DNA of 63,176 nucleotides, counting the filler, from Octopus bimaculoides (taxonomy: Eukaryota): NCBI RefSeq assembly GCF_001194135.2. It is 7 parts of 6 records of this genome, joined end to end, with 100 filler letters (N's around TTAATTAATTAA, not from the genome) between each part and the next. Parts side by side here need not be neighbours in the genome. Positions count along the whole stretch, not along the records: positions 1 to 25,292 come from NC_068982.1; 6 more parts are not named here. One strand, written 5' to 3'. The position numbers were made by a program, and so were the translations under genes. This document shows, in pieces, positions 1 through 11,258 of this stretch (position 1 is its first letter; every line of letters begins with the position of its first letter). Below the pieces are notes generated by a model, which did no database searches, was not told the origin of the DNA, and saw nothing but the letters and a program-made list of their open reading frames with translations.

Positions 1-56
<56 letters not shown>

Positions 57-204
57 CTCTATCTATCTATCTAACTATCTATCTATCCATCTAACTAACT
101 TATCTATCTATCTATCTATCTAGCTAGCTAGCTAGCTAGCTCGCTAGCTATCTAGCTAACTGTCTGTCTATCTATCTATATATCTATCTAACAAACATAC
201 TATC

Positions 205-265
<61 letters not shown>

Positions 266-270
266 CTTTG
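1..270. repeat. Compound microsatellite (CT)n-(CTAT)n-(CTAG)n
   Basis: Directly visible tandem units. Confidence 0.98.
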
Positions 271-1195
271 TCTTTCACTTTGTCATAAACGCATACATAT
301 CACTCACATAATATATTTACTCTTATACAAGCAAGATCGCAAACTCTGAGCATTTCACCTAAATCTTCCGAGTATTGATAATTTATTGAATATACTTTAA
401 TATAGACATAAAAATTCATATATACACACACACATACACCCCACTCCACCGCCGCATATGTGTGTGTGTGTGTGCGTGCGTGTGTATGTATGTGTGTGTG
501 TTTATTTATATACATGAATGTATGTATATGTATATACACAAACTGGCTATGTGTGTGTAAAGGGGAAGGGAGATGGTTGGATATAAGTATGACCGACATA
601 CAGACTTTATTATATTAAAAATATAAAAAAAGACGTTTCTCCTTCTCGGCTCTGACCATTGATATCGAGAACAAGTTAATAAAAATATAAAGAATCTATC
701 AAAAGAGATGAAAAATAAACTTGTAGCAATAAAGTTTGGTCGTAAATTCATCTCAGAAAATGCTGCTTTATGGAAAACTTGCTTCTCTTCCTGTTTCATT
801 TTATTTTTCTATAATATATCCTTCATTTCTTTTTTATATATTTTCCTTCAAATACAAAAAAGGCGTCCATTTTTATTTGCCATTATGACTGAGTGTGTGC
901 ATGTATGTATATGCGTCTGTGTGTGTGCGTGCATGTGTGTTTGTGTGTATGTGTGCGTGTATGAGTGTTTGTGTGAGAGGGCGTGTGAATGTGTGTGTGT
1001 GTGTCTGTGTGCATGTATGTGTGTGCGTGTGTGTATGCGTGTGAGTGAATGTGTGTGTGTGAATGTGCGTGTATGTCTGTGTGTGTGTGTGTTTGTGTGT
1101 GATCGTTAATTTAAAGAAGATGAAAAGAAAATATCGGTGGTTTTTACAAATGATATAATTATACTGGTTTTATTGTCGGCTGGAAATTTCAGAAG

Positions 1196-1196
<1 letters not shown>

Positions 1197-1229
<33 letters not shown>

Positions 1230-1260
1230 ATGGATGGATGGGTGGATGGATGGGTGGATG
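1197..1260. repeat. (TGGA)n microsatellite; reads (TCCA)n at the 3' end of the adjacent minus-strand LINE
   Basis: Visible tandem array about 90 bp beyond the LINE's last coding codons. Confidence 0.95.
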
Positions 1261-1344
1261 TTCTTCCCTTGCACTTTTTAATTTAGAATAAATTTTGACC
1301 GGCCACAATCGGTAGCAAGTTTATGAAGGAAAGTATCTTGTTTT

Positions 1345-2330
1345 AACCATCGCTCTTTTAAATTTTAAGAAGGTCTGGGAGATTTTTTGAGTTTCTGATA
1401 TCGGGAACATTTGTAGAGCATGAATTAAGGATTTACATCCTCTACCAGCATCCCATGTTCAGCCACACTTTGCTCCCGGCAGGTTATGCATCTTGTAGCC
1501 CCAATAATAATAAATTGCAAACTCCTTATGAATGGTCCGTATATGTCGTCTTTTTCTTGTATTTTTCAAACCACATTGATGTCGTGAGGGCAGCTGATTT
1601 CCCCAATAGAACATGTATTTCCCTTGCAATCCCACAGCAATATCTACAAGTCGTTCTGGCTACCGTATCATGCCTCATGAGAAGATATCTGGAAGACATT
1701 CCCTCACAATTAGCAATTATGTGGTTAATGTTTTTGGTTTTCGACTTGCACAGCCAACATTTGTTGCCTATCAACGTTTTTCTGCCTCTTTAGTTGTAGG
1801 TATTTGATGGGGATTTCTTGTTCTTCAATTGCATGGAGATAGCCTTCAAAGTGGCGTGTTATAAACTTGTCAGTACTCCATGCCAATAGATTTTAACATT
1901 GCTCTTTGGGGGAGATCTGCCCTTATTTCATACCTTTCCTCAAGCTCATTAGCTACCTTAATTATGTGGTTGGTTTAATGGTCACAAACTTGGGCAAGAT
2001 AGTCACTGGCCTGTTTCCTCTACTGTAGATGTTGTTTCAGTGCCGCAATACGTGCTTCATGACATCAATAGAGATTTGACACCCTGATCACCATCCTTGC
2101 GTGGGAAGTATAACCTGTCTACATCTCCACTGATGTTGAAGATTTCTGTAGCAATAAGCAGCATGTGAGTTAGAACATCTATCATATTGAGTTCTTGCAG
2201 TGACCAAGTTCAGAAGGCTGGTCGTAGGTATGTGGACAGGCACTGTCAAGTTGTGGTCAATATGCTTGTTGTAAGAGTTCTTATGACCATATTATCTTTA
2301 TAATCATGAGGTATTCATTCCTGGTCTTCT
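1345..2330 (-). mobile_element. Decayed R4/Dong-type (REL-endonuclease) non-LTR retrotransposon, 3' part, subfamily A
   Basis: Manual minus-strand translation across frameshifts gives WSLQELNMIDVLTHMLL, DVDRLYFPRKDGDQGV (post-RT), FITRHFEGYLHAIEEQEIPIKYL, a CCHC knuckle CWLCKSKTKNINHIIANC followed by RHD, EISCPHDINV, IIIGA and a terminal QTFLKF. These are collinear with the copy at 18097-19942. Confidence 0.9.
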
Positions 2331-3156
2331 CCTAATGCCTGTGCATTATCTTTTAGCTTCATCGGAGTTGTACGCTAATGAAATTCATTACATATTTTCC
2401 AGTACCCTTGTCATTTATTTAATTTCATATTACGCCCTGTACACGAATAATGCTTTATTATAAAACATACGTATATTGAGTTCTAATGCATGCTATTAGT
2501 ATCGCTGTGCCTAAGCGAAATATCAAATATATCTGTGTTTTCCACATACACACAAACACATCAGCGCGCGCGCATATGTATGTATGTATATCAGTGGGAT
2601 TGTGTGTAGGTGCGCATGCGTGTGACATTCTCGGGAGAACCATTTTAGTTTTCGCCATTCTTCTCTTCTGTCATATTAAGTTTTAAACAACGAAAGAGCA
2701 CACATATTGTCTAGGCATGGATGGTTTATCGTGGACACACTACTTAAAAACAAAGCTTTTGAGAACGACCCAACGTTTAGTTAAGAGAACCAAAAGTCTC
2801 ATAGAAAAATTGTTACGCAAACTGGCTGAGTGAAGGAACTACTGAACTAGCAGAAATTGAAATCTGTTGTAAGGGAATTGGTTTTTCATTGTGTCCCTGG
2901 AATAAACATTTTCATTCAGCTCGTATTTATTTATTTATTTATTTATTCATTCATTTGCATTATGCTGCATCCGTTGTTCTTGTTGCTGTTGTTGGTGATG
3001 ATGGCGCTGCTGCTGCATTGCGTTATTCTGTGCTTTGGATATGTGTCAGATCTACAGCTATAGCTTAACCTCCATGCCTCAATGGGTCTGGTTTGCAGTT
3101 GATAGAAGTGTTTCCAAATATGATGCATATGTATATATGTATGAATATACATATAT

Positions 3157-3165
<9 letters not shown>

Positions 3166-3250
<85 letters not shown>

Positions 3251-3367
3251 ATATATATTTGTATATATATATATATATACATATATGTATATATATATGT
3301 GTATATATACATATATATACGTATATAAACACAGAGAGAGATGCATAGACATGTATGTACTCGAATA

Positions 3368-3400
<33 letters not shown>

Positions 3401-3460
3401 ATTCGTGTATGTACACGCACAAATATGTTCCCGCACATACATATGTATGTTTACAGACAT

Positions 3461-3513
<53 letters not shown>

Positions 3514-3590
3514 GAGATAGATAGATAGATAGACATACATACATGCATACATATATATATACAGACAGACAGACAGACAGACAAATGGCT
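3166..3590. repeat. Compound (TA)n/(TG)n/(GATA)n/(GACA)n microsatellites
   Basis: Visible tandem units. Confidence 0.97.
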
Positions 3591-4719
3591 AGCTATACGT
3601 ATATATTCATATATATAATTTCAGGACATTATTCAACGTCCTGAATACACTGAGGATACTGCTTTGCGTTGTTCAGCTTGAATTTCTTTTTTAGAAGATG
3701 TGATACAGTAATAATGACAATTACAGAGTGCTTACGAAAAGGGAGAGGGAAACTCGCTGCTTTCCATTTTAAAATATCAGAAACTGCTGTAGCACCAATA
3801 GAAATGATGAGTTATAGGTAGAAGACACATTGTGCGTATATATTAATGTTCACAGCATATTAGTGAGTGAATATTTAATAGTCAGTCAGATTGCTATTTT
3901 CAATACTCCCATTGATTTCAATGTGTTTTCTATGTGAGCAATACCCTAATGTTGCTTTGAATTGTGCTTTGTAGAGTCAGCAGTTGACTCTACAAAACGC
4001 AGAGTCTTAGTTGTTCGTTTCGTCTTTAGTAAAAAATGAACAAATGCTCAAAGGCTGCACAGATATAGATTACACAGAAATGATAGTTTAGCTGATTCAA
4101 CAACATGAGCGCCTACTGTGTACATGAGCAAGGTTAGAAAATACCTACTAAGGACTGTATTTATGGAACATAATCTGATGAGCTCCATCAGCACAAGCCG
4201 AAGAATCAAGCACAGACAACTACTATTCCTATAGAAACCCAAATGTCAGCGATACAATTCGTGTATAAAAATTCGAACTGTCATTATAAAAACAAGAGTT
4301 GAGAAGATAAGTAGGTGAATATCTCGCCTATATTATGAGGTTTTATTTTTTAATTGTGCAGTTCAGAAATACGAGGAAGCAGTTTTGACAAGAAAATAGT
4401 TTACAAAAAGAATTCTTTAAAACTTTACATGACAAGAAATAGGAATATAATATAGATCAATCCACAGATAGTATGGTATTGTATGTTAAGAAAATTTTGC
4501 TGAGCCAAAAAGGGATCTGGAGTTGTTTTATGTACCTGCGTTGTATTGCCCTATGTCCTTGCACTATATTGCAAAATATACCCCCATTGAATTAACGCGA
4601 GCTTCAGCTACCCCTCGAGAGCACTTGTATTTCTGCTGCAAGGTTTCTAATAACTCTTCTCACTAGACTATCTTTGTAGATAAGCCAGTTTAGGCACCAA
4701 TGATCGGTCTACGTATATA

Positions 4720-4755
<36 letters not shown>

Positions 4756-5305
4756 NNNNNNNNNNNNNNNNNNNNNNNNNNNNNNNNNNNNNNNNNNNNN
4801 NNNNNNNNNNNNNNNNNNNNNNNNNNNNNNNNNNNNNNNNNNNNNNNNNNNNNNNNNNNNNNNNNNNNNNNNNNNNNNNNNNNNNNNNNNNNNNNNNNNN
4901 NNNNNNNNNNNNNNNNNNNNNNNNNNNNNNNNNNNNNNNNNNNNNNNNNNNNNNNNNNNNNNNNNNNNNNNNNNNNNNNNNNNNNNNNNNNNNNNNNNNN
5001 NNNNNNNNNNNNNNNNNNNNNNNNNNNNNNNNNNNNNNNNNNNNNNNNNNNNNNNNNNNNNNNNNNNNNNNNNNNNNNNNNNNNNNNNNNNNNNNNNNNN
5101 NNNNNNNNNNNNNNNNNNNNNNNNNNNNNNNNNNNNNNNNNNNNNNNNNNNNNNNNNNNNNNNNNNNNNNNNNNNNNNNNNNNNNNNNNNNNNNNNNNNN
5201 NNNNNNNNNNNNNNNNNNNNNNNNNNNATATATATATGCTTACATACATGCAAATATATATTGAAAACACACCAATAGCTATGCAGATACATACTATATA
5301 CATAC

Positions 5306-5670
5306 AGGAGTGGTTGTGTGATAGTAGTTTGCTTACCAACTACATGGTTCTGGGTTCAGTCCCACTGCGTGGAACCTCGGGCAAGTGTCTTCTGCTATAG
5401 CCTCAGCCAAAGCCTTGTGAGTGGATTTGGTAGACGGAAACTGAAAGAAGCTCGTCGTGTGTGTGTGTGTGTGTGTTTGTCCCCAACATCATCGCTTGAC
5501 AAGCGATGTTGGTGGGTCTACGTAACTTAGAGGTTTGGCAAAAGAGACCGATAGAATAAGTACTAGGCTTTCAAGGAATAGGTCTTGGGGTCGATTTGTT
5601 CGACTAAAAAGGTGGTGCTCCAGCATGGCCACAGTGAAATGACTGAAACAGATAAAAGAATAAAAGAATA
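5306..5670 (+). mobile_element. tRNA-derived SINE family 1, near full length, with internal (GT)n
   Basis: A/B-box-like head (TGGTTGTGTG...GGTTCAGTCCC), GGGCAAGTGTCTT core, 3' block GGTGCTCCAGCATGGCCACAGT and (ATAAAAG) tail. Homologous segments recur at 7895, 9110, 21640, 22199, 27755, 47405, 48497, 50380 and 57482. Confidence 0.85.
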
Positions 5671-5788
5671 CATCCAAATAGATACATATATACCCAAATA
5701 CACACACACATATATGTACTTATATACGTGGATGCTTACATCCACCCATATGTACATACATACATACGTACATACATACACACATGCA

Positions 5789-5879
<91 letters not shown>

Positions 5880-6620
5880 ATATCTCCATGCAAACCTAGC
5901 AGGGTGCTCCTGAAACATATTCCCTTATAGGGTCCCTCTTAACGAGTTGACTAACCTAATTTCTCCATACAGCGCAGTTTACTAAATAACATCAGCTCTA
6001 TATTAATTTTACATTAACATCCTGCGAACCAACAGGCAGCAAAAATATATCGAGTAAAATTCAGTGCAAACAGTTTAAAGATTTTTTTTCATTCTATAAA
6101 CATATTTAATCTATAATTTTTAATCTATAAATACTCCATTGGGATCCCCTAAATTTCTTGTGAAATCCTGATTTTTCTCCCTAGGCGTCGGCGGCGGCGG
6201 AAGTAGTGGTGGTGGGGGTGGCAGGGGAGAACTACTGACATTGTTGATGTTTCTCTTGTGTGTTCCATTTTTTTCTCTTTTGATTTCAATGAAAGAGCTT
6301 TGTTTCATGGTTGGTGGGCTCATGGAAATAATACTGCGGATTCAATTCCCAGACCGAGTGACGCGATGTGCCCTTGAGCAAGGCACTTCCACTCCACCAT
6401 GCGTCGATCTACTCTACTCAACCGAGAAAGATTACCGATTGAGTTCTGATGCAGATCTGTCTATCATCAGTAGTTACAACGTTCCTGCTTTACTGGTCAC
6501 AAATGGGAGTGCTGAGAGGATATGGCGTACACCACATCGCTTGAGAGTGAACGGCTGTACTTGAAATATGTGTATGTGTAATGATATAGATAATGATATA
6601 TATATATATATATATATATA

Positions 6621-6712
6621 TAATAACAACAATAATCCTTGGATGGAATTTATAAATAATTTAATGCATTAAATTATTTATAAATTCCATCCAAGGATTA
6701 TTGTTATTATTA
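6621..6712. repeat. Loop-less palindrome: 78 bp perfect (6628-6705), 92 bp with one mismatch
   Basis: Base-by-base check: 6628-6666 is the exact reverse complement of 6667-6705. Confidence 0.97.
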
Positions 6713-7528
6713 CAATATTTATCATACATTATATCGGTACAGCTCAGTGCAACCCTAAAAACTGATTCACTAGTCACCATCATCAGACTGTAGCCGGCAT
6801 AATGAAATAGGAGTTTCATTTGCATATTCAAAACGTTTCTCATAATGAAATTTAAAAGATGTGTGTGTGTGTGTGTGTCTGTTTGTGTGTGTGTGTGTGT
6901 TTGTTTATACATACATACAAACTTCGAAGTTTCACCGATCGTTGTGACTTCGTCTGACTGATTGACGAACTTCAAAACAAAACTTCGAAACTTCAAAGTC
7001 TTTGTTAGCCAATAGTCTGTAAGAATACACGTGACACACGTAATATTTTAATTAAACGTATCAACTGATCCATGAGCTAGCATCTCACTATATATATATA
7101 TATATATATATATNNNNNNNNNNNNNNNNNNNNNNNNNNNNNNNNNNNNNNNNNNNNNNNNNNNNNNNNNNNNNNNNNNNNNNNNNNNNNNNNNNNNNNN
7201 NNNNNNNNNNNNNNNNNNNNNNNNNNNNNNNNNNNNNNNNNNNNNNNNNNNNNNNNNNNNNNNNNNNNNNNNNNNNNNNNNNNNNNNNNNNNNNNNNNNN
7301 NNNNNNNNNNNNNNNNNNNNNNNNNNNNNNNNNNNNNNNNNNGCTGGACTGCAATCGATTTATCAGAAAGAAAACTTGAAACAGATGGCTATATGATGAA
7401 CAACGTTAGTGCAGAGGTGAACACTTGGTGAGCGAACTCCATGACCTACTTTTCATTTCTCTGTGCTTAACATCTTCTCTGCGCTTACCAACTTCGTTAA
7501 AAAGTTATGAACATCACACAGTCTCTTT

Positions 7529-7574
<46 letters not shown>

Positions 7575-7894
7575 TATGTACTTGACCTGCTAGAAATAGC
7601 AACCGAATCGCCCTCAAAAAAAGATCGTAAAAGTGTAGAAAAGTGAAGTGAACTCTTTGTGATGTAGTCCGAGACAACGAATTAGGAAATCAAAACGTCA
7701 GAGTTTGTTTCACCGAGATTCATCTGCTGGCCAAACGACCTCAATCACAACTCGAACGACGTCAACAGCAGCAGCAGCAGCAACGAGAACAACAGCAACA
7801 ATATCAGCTGTAATATATTTCGTAACAACGCTTTTTTTGTTACTTACAGTACACAGCTTTAAGCTGAATCTCAAACTTTACTATGTCTATTTTA

Positions 7895-7990
7895 CATATA
7901 TCTCTCACTTGTTTCAATGATTGAACTGCAGCCATGCTAGGGTACAGCCTTAAAGGTTTTAGTCGAACAAATCGACTATTTATTTGGGGT
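7895..7990 (-). mobile_element. SINE family 1, 3' fragment
   Basis: Reverse complement matches 5590-5660 (GTCGATTTGTTCGACTAAAA...AGCATGGC...TGAAACA). Confidence 0.75.
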
Positions 7991-8278
7991 TCTCTATATT
8001 TCGCCCATGTATGTAAGTGAGGTTTAGATTTTGCTGTAACAAAAAAAAAAAAAATCTTTCGAAATGTATTTCTAAATCTCTGAGAGAGACTTATACAATA
8101 CTTTTTTTTTTTCTCGCGAATAGAGATTGCATTTATGCATGCCTTCGGGATTTGGGGGCGTATTATATGAACATTAATAATCAATATGATAATATCATCT
8201 GTCTGTTTTGCCGAACACAAACCAACACCGATTATGAAGCAATATTGGGGAATAAACACTCACACACACACACATGTC

Positions 8279-8312
<34 letters not shown>

Positions 8313-8317
<5 letters not shown>

Positions 8318-8630
8318 GCCTACCAAGTGTGACGTTCTATACAGGACAGTGCTACTGACGTTTATAGCCCCAGTAATACATCTCCAGCTAGGTAACGATA
8401 CACATTCTGTGTCCAATTAGTATTTGCGAGGGGAGGTCATCGCTCCCATTTCTTGCCTTACGTGATACATACGAAGTCGTAAGGCTAGAGATGGGAGCGA
8501 TGACCTCTCCTCGCAAATGCTAATCGAACACAGAATGTGTGTCATTAGTTAGCTGGAGGAGATGTCTTCCTGGGGCTATAAACGTCAGTAGCACTGTCCT
8601 GAATAGGATATTACACTTGACTGGCAATTA
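8313..8630. mobile_element. Fold-back MITE-like element with ~150-bp inverted arms, flanked by TA
   Basis: 8342-8373 is the exact reverse complement of 8570-8601. The arms match nearly throughout. Termini are TA-ATTGCC...GGCAAT-TA. Confidence 0.85.
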
Positions 8631-8691
8631 TGTTACGATTCCTTACTGCTACTGTTTATATCTCGCTCAGAGATTTAATATAGTTGTATAT

Positions 8692-8728
<37 letters not shown>

Positions 8729-8868
8729 NNNNNNNNNNNNNNNNNNNNNNNNNNNNNNNNNNNNNNNNNNNNNNNNNNNNNNNNNNNNNNNNNNNNNNNN
8801 NNNNNNNNNNNNNNNNNNNNNNNNNNNNNNNNNNNNNNNNNNNNNNNACACACACACACACACACATA

Positions 8869-9086
8869 AAGGCGGCGAGCTGGTAGAATCGTTAGAACAC
8901 TGGACGAAATGAGTCGCGGCATTTTGTCCGTCTTCACTTTTCTAAGTTGAAATTCCGCCGTGGTCGATTTTGCCTTTCACCCTTTCGGGGTCGATAAATT
9001 AAGTACCAGTAAAACACAGGGATTAAGGAAATCGACTATCCCCCTCACCAAAATTTCAGACGTAGTGCCTATAGTAGAAAGGATTA
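8869..9086 (+). mobile_element. tRNA-derived SINE family 2, full length
   Basis: Starts AAGGCGGCGAGCTGG, B-box-like AGTTGAAATTCC, core GTCGATTTTGCCTTTCACCCTTTCGGGGTCGATAAATTAAGTACCAG. Seven other copies in the window. Confidence 0.88.
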
Positions 9087-9109
9087 TACTTACAAACGCA
9101 CACACATAC

Positions 9110-9250
9110 ACGATGGGCTTCCAGACCAAGTTTCCATCTACCTAAGTCAGTCACTTCGCATTGATCAAACTGGAGCAATGGACTATAACAAATGTTCCGC
9201 ACAGTCAGTAGAACTCAACCCGAAATTGCTTGCTTACAAACCGAGTTTTT
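9110..9250 (-). mobile_element. SINE family 1, degenerate 5' half
   Basis: Diverged reverse-complement similarity to 5306-5455. Confidence 0.5.
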
Positions 9251-9808
9251 TTTTTTTTAACGACACACCAAAGACCGTTACTTTCTTTTTCTTTTTCTTT
9301 TCCTTGTTTTTTTTTTATGATGTTGACACTTGTTTCCTATTCTCGGCTTTTAAGCTTTCTTCTTAAGCCAAATATAAGAAAATTACCAGGATAATTTCAG
9401 TCAGAATCCGCAGCCACATCGCCTCAAATCCGTGTCAAGCCGAATTTGATCTCAGAATACGGAGAGCCGTATAATATATGCCAACGCTCAGGTACCCGAC
9501 GACCCATCAACTCAACCAGTTCACCACCTCAAAATCACACCCTATTGTAGAAGAAAAATGAATGGAAGAATACATTAGATAACGCAGCCCCTGATGTTTC
9601 TAAAAGGAAGGTGGCAGGAATGTCTTTAATCACTGGCCCACTCAGCAACGTTTCAACTAATGTTTGAAAAATAAATAACTAAATAGATAAATAAATAAAT
9701 TGAAACGGCGTGGATGTATGGTTAAGAAACACGCTTTGAAAGAAATAGATGAAGATATAGCTATAGAGACAGAGAGATGGATGGATGAACTGACTGACAG
9801 ACTATCAA

Positions 9809-9857
<49 letters not shown>

Positions 9858-10020
9858 CGCATTTCCCTGTACTGAAAATTTGCAAATGTTATAACGTTGC
9901 GTTTATTAAAACAGCAAGACTCAGACGCGTTACAGAGATACAATTGCATATGTATAAATAATTGTGCATAGAGGTATACATAGAGATCATTACGTATTCA
10001 TGAGCGCGTCTATATTAGTT

Positions 10021-10225
10021 TTATATTTTGCCACAAGCCAGCAATCTTGTTGCGGGGTACAAGTCGATTACATCTATCCCATTGCTCGACTGGCACTTCT
10101 TTTATCGACCCCGAAAGGAACGAAAGGCGAAGTCGACCCCTGAAGCATTTGAACTCAAGTCGGAAGGAATGCCACTAAGCATTTTTTTTTCCTAGCGCAG
10201 TAACAATTCTGCCAGTTCGCTGCCA
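10021..10225 (-). mobile_element. SINE family 2, diverged
   Basis: Reverse complement carries the GTCGAC...CTTTCGGGGTCGATAAA core and the GGCAGCGAACTGGCAGAAT head. Confidence 0.82.
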
Positions 10226-10891
10226 TGTAACAATGTATATACTAATATAATGATACACACACACACACACACACACACATTGTTATATAGTCATATGCAT
10301 TGATATACACATACATATACGTCAACATATATAATTATATGTGTGTGTATGTGTATGTACACATATAGATTGACATATGCGTATATATGCATATAAATAT
10401 AAACCTATTTGTGTATATAATTATATATGCATTTATAATCATATATGTATATGCATGCATATANNNNNNNNNNNNNNNNNNNNNNNNNNNNNNNNNNNNN
10501 NNNNNNNNNNNNNNNNNNNNNNNNNNNNNNNNNNNNNNNATACAGGTCTCTCTCTGTATGTATGTATATATATATATATATAAACTTATTTATATATATA
10601 CACATATACGCGTGTGTGTACGTGTGCGCATGTGTTTGTATGTATGAGCGACTTTTCCTTTTCACCATAACATTTTGTAATTGGGCGACATATTTAATTA
10701 TCTTCACCCGTTCCTTTTCTGCTTATTAAATTGACACCACTCAACATGTTTATTTTTACAAATTTACAAACATATGTCACAGAGTTCAGTCCATACCTTA
10801 CACCTACTGGTTTTCCCCATTCTACATAAGATCTAATAATTTCACGAATAGTTACACACCTACACAGAAATGCAGAATAGCACACATGAAG

Positions 10892-10963
<72 letters not shown>

Positions 10964-10988
10964 GCGACGGGCGGACGGACATGATGCA

Positions 10989-11020
<32 letters not shown>

Positions 11021-11142
11021 AACTAGCTTGCACGCAAACAAACTCGCGCGCACGAAGAATCGTTTGCAAACACATACATGAATATAGTTGTGCGTGGTTG
11101 CAGACAACTTGTAGTTTTAAATATAACACCTGAAAATACACT

Positions 11143-11178
<36 letters not shown>

Positions 11179-11211
11179 CACAGACACAGGCATACACACT
11201 TAAAATTGAAC

Positions 11212-11258
<47 letters not shown>

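Noticed and set aside
2495-2535. LIFRLGT, a Penelope GIY-YIG terminal motif, on the minus strand
   Set aside because: Only seven residues, flanked by microsatellite-like sequence, with no upstream domain.
3736-3786. Minus-strand 51-nt exon-like segment (also 12910-12968 minus, 12381-12440 plus and 23757-23824 plus)
   Set aside because: Splice-like signals occur at chance frequency in AT-rich DNA. The peptides are unrecognisable and the phases do not link into a consistent gene.
3968-3996. 12-bp-stem hairpin (also the 14-bp palindrome at 6919-6932 and the 9-bp tandem at 53951-53990)
   Set aside because: Too short to exceed chance expectation in 63 kb; no supporting context.
6241-6564. 107-aa ORF preceded by a strong acceptor and Gly-rich codons
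   Set aside because: Runs through a degenerate SINE head and core (TTCAATTCCCAGAC...CCTTGAGCAAGGCACTT); no recognisable domain.
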